From Oculina patagonica (Eukaryota): DNA of 64,000 bases. The notes under the pieces are model-generated. The model ran no database searches, was not told where the DNA came from, and saw only the letters and a list, made by a program, of their open reading frames with translations. The stretch is taken from contig NC_135771.1 of the NCBI RefSeq assembly GCF_052425735.1, forward strand, positions 17,112,001 to 17,176,000. The letters run 5' to 3'. The position numbers and the translations under genes were made by a program. This document shows, piece by piece, positions 24,859-36,327 of this stretch (positions are counted from its first letter, which is position 1; each line of letters opens with the position of its first letter).

Positions 24859-26640
24859 TTATTCTTCCTCATCTTCTTCGATCACTGGCGTTGAGGTCAG
24901 AGCCCTTGGTAGTCCACTCAGCAAGTTTCCACTAGCTGAAAGAAATGAATCACTGTTGTGCCTCGCGAAGCGTCGAGGTCTTGCGGATTTAATTCGGCTC
25001 GGCGTGCTCCGTCCGGGAAGCGATGCAGATAGGTCTGGGTTAAGCTTCACTAGATTAGGCGATACAGATACTGTCTTTGTTTCTGATCTCTTTGCAGTCT
25101 TGGAATTTGTAAATAATTCTTCAGGGGTTGACTGCACTGAGCTTCGTCTTGTTTTTATGGCGGGCTTTTCAAACATTGCAAGGTTGTCTGGATTTAACGC
25201 TTTGAAATCTGCTCGAGAATATATCGAAGAAAATCTTCCTAGAGCAATCAGAGATGTTTCAGCGGTTGACCATCTTCTGGCCGCATTACTTGAGAAAAAT
25301 TGTCTTTGCAATGTTATTGAGTTTCTTCTAGGAATTCTTCTCTTAGTCGATTCTTTTCCGCCACGTGATTTCCCTTTGTCATGGGGGTCCCCTGAGGTTC
25401 TTTTCTTTGCTGACGAACGAAACGAATGGGTTGATTGTTGCGTCATCAAGGTAAAAAGCTTAGGTAACTGGCTTTGACTGCAGGGTGATTTCCCTCCGTT
25501 GTTTTCACAGGTTTTTATTTGAGAAGACATTTTCTGTTGCTCTATAGCAGGTGAAGGTAATGCCTCTTTCGTATCCAGCCAATCACCTTCCTCCAATTTG
25601 ATTGACGTCTGTTGTTTATCACAAGGTGCTGCTGTCGTTGCCATGGCACTTCCATTTTCTTCGGAACTTTCATCGGCATTCAATGTCCTGTTTGCAAAAC
25701 AAACTTTCTTTTTTTGCGGAAAACCCGAGTTTACGGCATTTCTGGGCTCAAAACTGAACGTCACAGATCTGGACAGAAATTTAGGCTTGTCGTTTTTTGC
25801 CAAAGAGGCAGATTTTGTTCTTCTTCGAAGAAAATTCTCATTGGGTTTAATCTCCTTGGAATCTGGTGTTAAAGTTACAGAGTTTCTTTCTGCGTCAGCC
25901 ATGTTGTTCAAGTCTTTTCTGTAATGAATTATAGATGAAGTTCTTGACCTTTCAAAGTGATTTTTACTTTGCTGACGGTTTAATAAGCCATCCTTTGCGA
26001 AATTGGCTTTTCGAATTTCCCCCTTCGCATCTTCACTCTTTGCTTTGTCTTTATTTTCTTTCTCTTCTTTTTCCTTCAAGTACAAATCCCATTCTCTAGC
26101 ATTCAGTTTCAAATCAAAGTCTCGAGCGTTTGGCGATGCTTTACCGTCACTTAACAACACTTCTATACAATCACTTTGCTTGAGTTTCATGGCTCTAATC
26201 AGAGGTGTTTCGCCTTTCTTGTTCGGTTTATCTGCTGCCCGAACATCATAGATATTCATTGCTTCAGTTAGAGCTTTCGTAATGCGAGAATTTCCAGCGT
26301 CAACTGAGTAAATTAACGCAGTGTTCCCTGTAACATCAACAGCACCAAAATCGCATTCGTCGCTCTGAATCAACAACTTTGCAAGTTTTTCCTTCCCGAG
26401 TTTACAAGCTTGCATAAGAGGGCTCATTCCTTGTGCATCTTGCAAACAAACGTCCGCTCCACGATGTAGAAGCTTCTTGGTGATACGACAAGCTAAGTTT
26501 TCGTCTTCTATGAAACAAACCGCCAAAAGTGGAGTTTTTCCTGAGAGTTGTTCCTGTTGGTTAACATCGTCGCCAAGTTGTAAGAGTATTTTTGCTTGTT
26601 TGAATCGCTTTTGTTCGATAGCTTTCACTAGAGCTGCCAT
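24859..26640 (-). CDS. Ankyrin-repeat protein, ANKRD34/ANKRD63-like architecture, 593 aa, intronless CDS
   Basis: About five N-terminal ankyrin repeats (GKTPLLAVC, GMSPLMQAC, GNTALIYSV, GETPLIRAM) followed by a long basic, Ser-rich, probably disordered tail. Confidence 0.9.
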   Translation of the reverse strand: MAALVKAIEQKRFKQAKILLQLGDDVNQQEQLSGKTPLLAVCFIEDENLACRITKKLLHRGADVCLQDAQGMSPLMQACKLGKEKLAKLLIQSDECDFGAVDVTGNTALIYSVDAGNSRITKALTEAMNIYDVRAADKPNKKGETPLIRAMKLKQSDCIEVLLSDGKASPNARDFDLKLNAREWDLYLKEKEEKENKDKAKSEDAKGEIRKANFAKDGLLNRQQSKNHFERSRTSSIIHYRKDLNNMADAERNSVTLTPDSKEIKPNENFLRRRTKSASLAKNDKPKFLSRSVTFSFEPRNAVNSGFPQKKKVCFANRTLNADESSEENGSAMATTAAPCDKQQTSIKLEEGDWLDTKEALPSPAIEQQKMSSQIKTCENNGGKSPCSQSQLPKLFTLMTQQSTHSFRSSAKKRTSGDPHDKGKSRGGKESTKRRIPRRNSITLQRQFFSSNAARRWSTAETSLIALGRFSSIYSRADFKALNPDNLAMFEKPAIKTRRSSVQSTPEELFTNSKTAKRSETKTVSVSPNLVKLNPDLSASLPGRSTPSRIKSARPRRFARHNSDSFLSASGNLLSGLPRALTSTPVIEEDEEE

Positions 26641-26961
26641 ATCTGTCCTTCAGTGAGGAATATCTCAATACTCTAACGCTGTCTCAAACTGACTAAATTC
26701 TCTTAGCGATGCAAACTGTTTTTAAAACCTCCTTCTGAGCATAGTTCACCAGAAATTTCGAAAGTTGATTTATAATGAAAAACATTCCTTGCCGGACAAA
26801 ACCTTCGCTTTCCTTGTAACGGTTTTATTTAGTTTCGCTGCAACGAAAATTTGTGACTTACTATGAAGTCCAACTAGTTACTGCAGTTTTCGTAAGTTTT
26901 GGAGTTTGCAAGAAACGAGAAAATGTTTATTTAACCATAAAAAGTTTTTGACAATACCATG

Positions 26962-26975
26962 GTTGCCATAGTAAC
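26962..26975. promoter_or_regulatory. RFX X-box upstream of the ankyrin gene
   Basis: GTTGCC-AT-AGTAAC, a full consensus match, 322 bp upstream of the ATG. Confidence 0.7.
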
Positions 26976-27569
26976 TTAACTGAAAAAGCAGGTGAAAGTA
27001 GAAGTCAATTTCGATCAATGGAGTATGTTTGAAAAGAATGCAAAAATAATGTAGTTGTGTTGTGTTGTTTGTTATGTTTAGTAAATCTTTATAAATTATT
27101 AAATAAGAAGCCGGTTCAAATGTAGAATTCAATTTCTACACGCTTATTTGGATGATAACATTGCTATAATAGTATAACATTGTTTTTAAACGTTGAACCT
27201 TGCACTATTTCAAGCTAAAAATCAGTTTTCTACTAAAACTATTCGCCATATATTTATGTTAAATGTTATGTTTATATAATGTTGTTTTTTTGCAAGAACA
27301 GAAAAAGGGGAATAAATATTGAGTTTCCCTTAGTTGTGTATGGATAGCGTTAGAATAAAAAATGGTTTCTTAAGCCCATCATCCGCAGTAATATATCATT
27401 ACAATATATTTCTTATATGATTGAACCCTATCCCCCTGTGGTTTATCGGTACAAAAGTGAATAGCTTTTGACCAATCAGAGGGTAGACACGCAGCATCTT
27501 CAATTATTTTGTAAAAGGTTATATTGAGCTATCGATTAACAATGTTACTCAGTTATACCCTGAAGTCAT

Positions 27570-27956
27570 AACCACCAAACTACAATCCGAACGTCACACG
27601 ACCACCCGAAAGTCACTCGGCCAACCGAACGGATTATACGACCACCCGACCATTGCTATCACCCAAACGTTACGACCTCCAAACGTCAAGAATCGAAAGT
27701 TGGTGACTGAAAGTTGGTGACTAAAAGTTGCACCTATCTGAACGTTGCATGACCATACAAAGGGTGACGACCACCCGAAAGCAACACGACCACCCGAAGG
27801 CAACACGACCACCCGAAAGCAGTACGATCATCTGGAAGCAGCACGTCCACCCGAAAGCAGCATGATCACCCAAAAGACGATCACTCGAAAGCAACACGAC
27901 CACCCGAAAGCAATGCGATCACTTGTTTGTTACCACAACCCGAAAGGTTACGACCT
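27570..27956. repeat. Degenerate ~20-bp minisatellite (CACGACCACCCGAAAGCAA)
   Basis: About 15 imperfect units in two blocks (27570-27690, 27745-27956). Confidence 0.85.
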
Positions 27957-29660
27957 TGAGCATTTTGATGTTTGCAATTTACGTAAAATCATTACAATAA
28001 AATGCCTTTGTAACTAGCGAGTGTGTTTTACTTCTAAGCTCAGGAACCTGCAATAGCTTAGCTAGGTTTTAATACAAGTCAACCGACAGTGTGAAAATGT
28101 TGACATTTTGGTACTTTCTGACGGACCACAACTGAAGTGGACTAAGTCGGGTGCTTGAAATTTTAAAACGCCGTATCTTCAAATGAAGGTGATGTATGTA
28201 TAAGCATAAACTAGCCGATCACTTGAACAAAAAATATTTTAAAAGAAATGTTTGAAGCGATGTAATTATGATGACTTAGGATGAAATAGATGATTCAACG
28301 AACAGAAGCTTTTCCGAGAGTTTAACATAATGTAGATTTTCAAGCTCATAATATGTAAAAGTTACATTAGTTTGGGCTCTTGCAAGTTTAATCTTTTGCC
28401 AACTCTTTTTTACAACGTAAAGTATATTTAAAAGTATCTAGGTTGTCAGAACATTTTAGGGCCTGATTATCGCCGAAATTCTCCCGAGCAGATTAAAGAA
28501 AAATTCTAGAACACAAGTAAGGGGAATTTTAAAGTCGAACAAAGAACTTAGACCAGGCACTCAAGTAAACTCTCAAGTCGAGTGTGGAAGCAAATATAAC
28601 TTGGCCAGCTTTATGGCTTCAAAGTTAAAGATAGGAATAAGCTAAGTTAATAGTGCAGTTAATTAGACTGCATTTTAAACTGAGCGCGTTATTTTCTAGA
28701 TCTTTTCAGACCGTTTGCCAAGGACGTGCAGATCTCATCATGAGTCAAAATTAAATGCGTTATCTCCCTCAATATCAAATCAACATTCCTTCGTGTGCTG
28801 TTCATGTTGATTTAACACCTGAATAAACAAACTATAACAATGTTGTTCTCACTCTAAAGTAGTTTTTCTACTCGTCTTACTCTGATAAACCCTGTAAATT
28901 AAATTATCTTTGACCCACATGAACCACTTGACAGCTTATTGCAATTATAATAATGGCTGAAGTTTAATATCTGTCAAAGCGGAACTGTGTGCATTTGCAT
29001 CTTTTTAACAAAGTTCTAATACTTTCACACATGGTTGACTTCTTTATGCTGTAGCTATAGACTCTTTGTTTCTCTTCGCAAGAAAAGCTTCTTTTAACGG
29101 TCGATTCGGCCTGTTCACAGCGGGGAGCTAACAGCATAATCCTTACTAACAAAACAGTGGAGTTTGTCAGACTAGCGTTGATAAACTTTCGCTTCGCACA
29201 TAAGGCAATAAATCCATTATTTTCTCTGACAGTTAGAAGGCATTTTAGAAGTCGCTTTATGCATCTCTGCCAACTCAGTTGAAAACGCTCAAAGTTTTTG
29301 CAATTTCCCCCTTTAACTCCGTCACAACTATATATATGGAAGAATGTAGAAAGACGCTCGCTTTTTCGTCCTTCGAAGATTTTGAAACCTAACTGAACGA
29401 TTCAGAAAAATACAACATCGCACAGCTTCAATATTCCTAAACAGTTCAAGATATTAACAAGCGCTCAAATCATTACTTTAATGGCGGACTATTAATTATT
29501 TTCCTATTACCTTTTACAGCGATAACTCTTTCAATTTGCCTCCTGCTGTTTGTATTTTCATTTTCGTTTAGTAACATCGTTATCAATTCTTGATACTAAC
29601 CAAACTATCTAATTGTGCCTAAGCGCACCGTTGCAAAATATTTTCAGTGGCGACAAAACT

Positions 29661-30353
29661 TCACGGCTCGTCGTTGAATAAAGTAGCGAAGACAATCCCT
29701 GTAGCGAACAAGGAATCATTATCAAATGTTGCCATTACAAAACTATCTGTGTTTGGATTCCAGACACACTGGCTGGCCATTTCAATGCCTCGGTCACGAA
29801 TAGCTCCGATGTAAACCAGAGCCGTGATCTTGTATTGTACACTGTACAAAGATTTAACACCATTTTCTATCATCTGGCTAATAGTCTTACATTTTGCACC
29901 GCATATTTCGTGATTGTATTCCATATTGTCGAGGTGTGACGATAGAATCTGCTGAATTAGATCTCGGATTTTCGAGCTGAAATCCTTACAATCCAGTTCA
30001 CAACCTTTTTGAGCCTCAAAATTATCACTAGCTTGTTTATTTACCATTTCCGCTTCGCTGCTTGAAGGACTCCCTTTGCCATCTCGTTCCTTCCATGAAC
30101 TAGCTCTTAACTTGAAGGAAAACACATTCACCGGGCCGCTACAAGCTTCTCTTTGTAGAGGTAAGGTCTTGCTCATACCCAAATCGTTCAGAGCTTCGCG
30201 TGAACTACCATCAACACCGCTGAATAGCTCTCTTTCGCTATTTACCGAGAGTGCTTTCCGCAGCTTTGGCCTCAGGACGCCTCCAACGGATTTGTTAAAA
30301 GCGAGACCTCGCAGCCGCGACGCCGGGCTTCTTGACCCTGATTTACCGTTCAT
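29661..30353 (-). CDS. Tctex1-domain protein 3 (divergent), 230 aa, intronless CDS
   Basis: F.S.KIRDLIQQILSSHLDNMEYNHEICGAKCKTISQMIENGVKSL....YKITALVYIG.....GIEMASQCVWNPNTDSFVMATFDNDSLFATGIVFA. ~120-aa basic/Ser-rich N-terminal extension. Confidence 0.9.
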   Translation of the reverse strand: MNGKSGSRSPASRLRGLAFNKSVGGVLRPKLRKALSVNSERELFSGVDGSSREALNDLGMSKTLPLQREACSGPVNVFSFKLRASSWKERDGKGSPSSSEAEMVNKQASDNFEAQKGCELDCKDFSSKIRDLIQQILSSHLDNMEYNHEICGAKCKTISQMIENGVKSLYSVQYKITALVYIGAIRDRGIEMASQCVWNPNTDSFVMATFDNDSLFATGIVFATLFNDEP

Positions 30354-32122
30354 TATCTTGTTTCACGCACGTTTTTGCACCAATTAAAAGACGCTATCAG
30401 CAGACAAAGCAAAAATCTGCACGGTTTTGCGGGATTCATATACCGGTATCAGTATCTCGATAAGCTCCTAATGTTTACTTTTAGTTTTATTAAGAAAAAT
30501 GGTTATATATTAACTTGTTCTGCTTTAAGCCAGTCAAGTGTTGAGAATTTAATTGACATTAAGACACCCTTGGTAAGCAATACCGTATATCATTACTTGA
30601 TGACGTAAATTGAAAACCTTTTTAAAAAACATATTACGCATGCTCCTATAGAAGAGCTAAGAGAAGAGTGTGATTCATTTTAGGGAAAAATCTCATCGGA
30701 GAACATACGGCCACGAAAAGGAACAACAAACCACTACTTCCGACGTTTGGAAAAGGATTAAGGCTGGTTTGGCCAGCCGAAATATGATACAAAAAAAATA
30801 TATATCATTCCACGTTGTATCGGTCTCTACCCTAGTTTCAAACATGCTTATAATTATAGCAAAGTTAATTTTTTTTAAAATACTTAACGGAACGTCAGTT
30901 CCAATCGGCTTTATACAAACAGTTTCCGGGCCCTGGAACCGAGTTTAGCAACCTTGTGACGTCATTAGTTGTTACATGTCGGCATGGATTGGGAAGCGCG
31001 GTAGATTCTCTCCTATTGTTCGTATTGTCGTGATCTACTAGCCACCAAACTCATATACGTTTTGTCTGGATGAATCAGAAATACATATAAAGGCTTTGGA
31101 TGGAGGTGAAGTGATTCGTCGCATTAATATGAGTGCGACAGATTGGAACTGTTTAGCCGATACATTGAGTACACAATTAATTGTAAACGCGAGTAGCATC
31201 ACTAGTATTGAAGGTTCGATCGGTGCATGTGTTCCAAGTTCAAAAGAAGACTGATCCAATAGACGAGTGAGAACTTCGGAAGATTCCGAACCATTACGAA
31301 TCGTCATGGCGACAAGTTGTCGTGACGTCTTCGATATCTTCGGGGAGGTGCTTACGACGTCGGCAATGTCAGTTCTGATTGGATAGTTAGAATCGGAAAA
31401 TGATTTGGATGCGCTTCCGAGAATTTACTAGAAAAAAAGCGCAGCCGATACAAGCGGCAATGTGCTGTTCAAAAGACAAACACAGAAAAATAATTACGAT
31501 TATTTATTCCTTCATTTATTCAATCTCGATTTGGTATGAAAGCGTGAAAAATCACTTTAATCATATTTAGTGTTATTTACAGTTCACGCTACTTTTATGA
31601 AATCAGCTGTAATGTTTGTATTATTTTAATTGCTAATCTCGTACTTAAATGAAAGTGTGAAAAGATCAAACTTGTCAGTCAATCATTCATTTATTTAATA
31701 TATTTCAATTTGCGACAGAGGAAAGTAAGAATATTACGAAAATGTCAACACAACACAAATATTAAAAGCAGAGCGGAGGAAAATCGGTTTTTAAGTGTAA
31801 TGCAGTTTTTTTTTTCTTTTTTTTTTCCTCCTTTTCCAAGAAAGGGTTCTTTTTTCAGTTTATTCACTGAAATTTACGGCTGCGTCCAGCGTAAAGTTGA
31901 TTTCCCACATACAATAACTGAAGTTTAATCTTGATTCAAATATTATTCTTGAACTTGACCGGCGGGGGTGGGGCACAGTATGAGTTATTTTACACTTGGT
32001 CAAAACTTCCTTTACAATGCGATTCCTACAAAGAAAATTGATTTATAAACCAGAGTCACTGTTTGTAGCAAGCAAAGCCTACTTTCAGAGAGCCATATGG
32101 TCAATGTTTATGCTTATATCCA

Positions 32123-32653
32123 TCACTCTTTCAAGACGCCAAAAACGATAGCAACGGCAAACAACGAAGCATTTTGGAAAAAAGATGTAGAGAAATTATC
32201 TTTGCATTCATTCCAAAGAAAGCGACTGGCCATCAAAATGCCTTGTCCGCTATTTGAACCAATGCTAACACTGCATATCAAGCGAAATCTTTCCATCCCA
32301 AGATTTTTCACGCGGCCTTTAATATCCTCTGACAAACTGATACATAGCACTCGGCAAGTGCTTGGGTCGTACGATTGAGTTGAAAGTTTCTCTTGTAGAA
32401 TTTCATCCATGATTTTTTTTATTTCGTGTGCGTAAAATACGTTCTGTTTTTGCTGCCCTTCGGTTAAATTAGGTACATCGTGGCGTCGTGCTTCCTTTCC
32501 AAACAAGCTTGCGTTTCCCTTGCCTTTTTCTTGCTCCAACATCCATTGCCCTTCGTGCTCGGTTGCTAAGTTTTTCGTGGAGTCATTTCGCAAGCTTTTC
32601 TCAAAAATCCCATAATGTTGGTCACGAAATTTTCCATTTATATTCCCATACAT
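32123..32653 (-). CDS. Tctex1-domain protein 4, 176 aa, intronless CDS
   Basis: F.AHEIKKIMDEILQEKL....YDPSTCRVLCISLSEDIKGRVKNLGMERFRLICSVSIG...GQGILMASRFLWNECKDNFSTSFFQNASLFAVAIVFGVLKE. Confidence 0.93.
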   Translation of the reverse strand: MYGNINGKFRDQHYGIFEKSLRNDSTKNLATEHEGQWMLEQEKGKGNASLFGKEARRHDVPNLTEGQQKQNVFYAHEIKKIMDEILQEKLSTQSYDPSTCRVLCISLSEDIKGRVKNLGMERFRLICSVSIGSNSGQGILMASRFLWNECKDNFSTSFFQNASLFAVAIVFGVLKE

Positions 32654-32950
32654 TTTTAGCCTCTAGCACGCCGAAGGATGTTTTATGTAAAATAGAGACT
32701 TTCGTTTAAATTGAAGATCCGCCGCAGTGTATATTCCCTGCCTCCTAAAATATTTATGCCTCTAACAACGGGATTGAATTAATCTCTTCCTGTTAAGGAT
32801 GAACGTATAATATTGAACCTGAAGAGTCGCTTGGTTCTTAAACTGACAAAATGATGATTTCGTTATTGTTTTTTCACACCAAACCATAACAAGAGACAGA
32901 GTAATCTTCATTTCAGTGAATCAATGTTGTGGCAGATGTTTTATAAGAAC

Positions 32951-32964
32951 GTATCCATGGCAAC
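32951..32964. promoter_or_regulatory. RFX X-box upstream of Tctex gene 4
   Basis: GTATCC-AT-GGCAAC, 298 bp upstream of the ATG. Confidence 0.7.
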
Positions 32965-34531
32965 TACCTTTGTTTTATCGCCGGAAAAGCTCATGAACAC
33001 ACGCTGCGTTTTTTTCTGATCTATTACCGATATTTTGCTAATTAACAACAAAGATCGCTCTTTAATTGTTCTAAACCGTGCGCTCAATTTTTGTGTTTTG
33101 ACAAATTTTATTTACGTTCGAGTAAACTTCAGATCAATATAAAATTGTCCGTCCGTGTTTTGTGGTTTCCTGTTGAATGTACGTAAAAGACCGGCAAATC
33201 GTTCCAAATCAAAATAATATTTATTTAAGAAAATTTACATTTTTATTGAGAGATCTTGATTAGTTCGATCCTTAAATAAAGCGCTGGAGTGGTTTTTAAG
33301 ACAATTTCCTTTGTCAGTCTTATTTTTTTTTAATGTTAATATAAAGTCATGAGAAGCTATTAATAAAATGACCTCTCAGCGTATATGGAAATTCCGTGCT
33401 TTCATACTAAATCTTAAATTTGAATCTAAAACCTGAGTTTCCTCAGGAACGATATATTTACCATGCGAAATTATTTTATTTTATCATAGTAGTTGTGGTA
33501 GCAGTGTTTGATTGGACTCAATTTATTTTCGGGGGGGGGGGGAGCGGTGTTTTGACCAATTTTGGATGAAGTACTATATCAGGTTCCGATTCCTTTAACA
33601 TTCAATCAACAAGTGGCGATACCTCACAAGTATTTTTGAAACGTTTCACGCCAACATGACGCAGAATGCAGTGAGGTTACGTTATGCGGGAATCGCGAAG
33701 CAACCTACCGTATTTTCTCTATTAGATCCCCCTCCCCGTATCCTATCATATTTGTCTACTGTGTTGCCCTACCCTCCCCCCTCCGTCGAAAAGAAAATGA
33801 TAGTGGTGATGATGATGAATAATCCCATAAACGCTTGGGAACCGTTTAAGTTATTCCAATACCCTAAAGCTTAAAGGACGAGAGAAAGATGAAAAAAATA
33901 CCGTAAGAATGACCTGTTAGAAAGAAGTGCCACCACTGAAGAGTGAAAAAGAATTTATCGGCAGCAACATCAAGTGTTATTCAACCAAGATCCTCCACAA
34001 ATATTCAGGAAAGTCTTTGTGCTAGCCTGCGTAGCTGGCGGGATTCGAGTGCGAGTGCTTGCTTTGAGACGGGCCGGCGAACTGCAAAGAGAGGGAACCG
34101 CGGAGCCGCGAGGAATTTCAATTCAAGTGAACTTCAAAAGCTTTGATTCAACGGTCAAAATGTTTTGCAAGCAGGTTTTTGATCAGATTGCAGGTTTGAG
34201 TGGTGTTAAAGGACCATTTTGCTAGATTGTGACGAGGATTTTATCGAAGATTTACTAGATTTGCCATGTTTGAAGATTCTGTAAACTGTTTCGCGCATGT
34301 CGGTTAGTGCCGCTTATATGTACGTTTTCCACGCATGAATTGAGAGGTCAATTAAATCGACTTTAAATGGTTTCGAATTCCTTCTGAAAACTTTGAGATC
34401 GCTTGTTGTGGAGATCACTTCGTGTGTGCGGCGAGGTGAATATTCTGCCGTTATTCACCGAGATTTCAAAGAATAATTGTTAATTATTATAAAATTATCC
34501 ACGTTTGACCTTATATTGGAAATAAGTGCGG

Positions 34532-34953
34532 CCTGGGGGGGGGGGGGGGTACTCCCATAAATTTCGGATAGGGATGTGCCGCCAAGGTTCTTAAACCCTG
34601 ACCCTATTAAAGGCCCAAAACCGAAAAATGACACCCTATTCAAGGGGAGGAGAAGAGTTCCATGACGACCCAAATAACGGCTAACCGCGCACGGCAACAC
34701 ACAAATCTCGATAAAATCGCTTTACTAATAACTGAACAGTAAATTCAGTTTTAAAATACCTTTTTTGGTTTAACTGGGCGTTTATTTTAGCTTATAGAAT
34801 TTAGGTACCCTATCTAAGGATCACACCGGGAACTCATTGCCAAAAGGAGCAAAAATGATACCCTATTTAAGGACCGAGAACCTCAAAAACCATACCCTAT
34901 CGGGCGGCACATACCTATATAGGCCACATATGGGAGTACCCCCCCCCCCCGGG
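34532..34953. mobile_element. hAT-like MITE with G/C-run TIRs
   Basis: CCTGGG(G)nTACTCCCATA / TATGGGAGTA(C)nGGG. 8-bp TSD AAGTGCGG / GAATGCGG; the empty site GAGTGCGG is seen in the 57-kb host copy. Confidence 0.8.
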
Positions 34954-35616
34954 GAATGCGGCAAGTGCCGCACAGCTTAACGGTTCCGTTAGAAAAATGG
35001 CTGAAAATAGCAAGTTAGGCGAGCTTTATACTGGATACAAGAAATAACCGGCAATGCCTTCCCTGAAACATCACAAATACCATAAAAATGCCATAGTGGA
35101 CTCGACTACGCAAAACAAAGAGCGACTGTCTCACTAAACGAAGAAGAGAAGCAGCAAATATTTTCCAGGAGACCAGAAAACTGACACAATTTCATTCAGT
35201 GTTCGACGTAAAATAAAGCTCAGCACTTAATTACATGTTACCTTTTAATCTTGTTCCTGCTTGTCCTTTGAAACTTCAAAAAACTTCACCGACTCTGAGT
35301 GCAATTTCGTCTCAGCATCTCGATGTACCAGCAGTCGAGCCGTAAACAAGTACAAGATGTATAAAACCCTTGCTTCATTCGACTTGCACAAGGCGTATAA
35401 TTTCCAGAAAAGCTATTAATTCGGATCTTCCCGTAAACCTTAATTGCTGTCACAATTTTCCAGCATGAATAGACGATTTAAGAGGAGATTGTCCGAGGCA
35501 AATCTTCGAAAGAAAACTCTCTAGCTTCGCTTTCTTCGCGTATTTCATTCAACTCGATTCAACTCATGAAGTGAACACTGCGCACCGCGCCACAAATTTT
35601 CCCGCCTTCTCATACT

Positions 35617-36327
35617 CTCCCCGGGCCCCGGGGAGGCACTCCCTTATATGGCCTATACGGGGACGTACCGCTGTTTTTTTTTACTCCAGCCCTGAATCAC
35701 ACAGCGGTCAAACGCAGCGCGCGTGCGCAGTTCCTGTGTAATTCCCGCCAAAATTTTCCATACAAAGTCTTAAATTTTTCCGAAAACTTTCGCTGTAAAT
35801 CCAAAAGTTAACGCCGTCCCTGGAAAGTTAAGGTTTATACGCCGCTTATGGATTAGAAATTTGATAATTCATCTTCACGGAGTGTCCCAGCTTGAACTGT
35901 TCTTTCACCGTACTATTTCTTTAACAATTTCTTACAAAAGTTTGCCCACTTTCAAGTCGAAAGTTCGAGGCGGCGAAGACCGATGTGACGTCAATTTTTG
36001 CGTTTGACCGCTGTGTGGCCCTGAATAGGGTATATAATTTCAACCTCCTCTGTCCTAAACAGGGCCTGAACCTGTCTTAGACAGGGTGACTTTCGCTTCG
36101 TCGAACATCGCGTATGGGACGCAATCACAATAAAGCGTAAATGATTGTCGATGTTGTCCTAAATAGGGTCTTAAAATAGGGGGTGTTGTCCTACACAGGG
36201 TAGGTATTCGTAAGTTTTTATTGTCCTAAACAGGGTCAGGGTTTCAAACCCCCAGTGGCTCCCAACGGCACCCCTATACCCAAACCTAGGTCAAGTACGC
36301 CCACCCCCCCCCCCCCCTCCCCTAGGG
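35617..36327. mobile_element. hAT-like MITE
   Basis: 8-bp TSD CTCATACT at 35609-16 and 36328-35, G/C-rich ends, CCTAAACAGGG subrepeats. Confidence 0.75.
35698..36017. mobile_element. 320-bp TIR element with 9-bp TSD (Academ- or MULE-like)
   Basis: 19-bp TIR CACACAGCGGTCAAACGCA / TGCGTTTGACCGCTGTGTG. Perfect TSD GCCCTGAAT at 35689-97 and 36018-26. Confidence 0.85.

Noticed and set aside
27570-27956. Regularly spaced repeat that could suggest a CRISPR array
   Set aside because: Units are contiguous degenerate ~20-mers with no unique spacers, there are no cas genes, and the context is eukaryotic.
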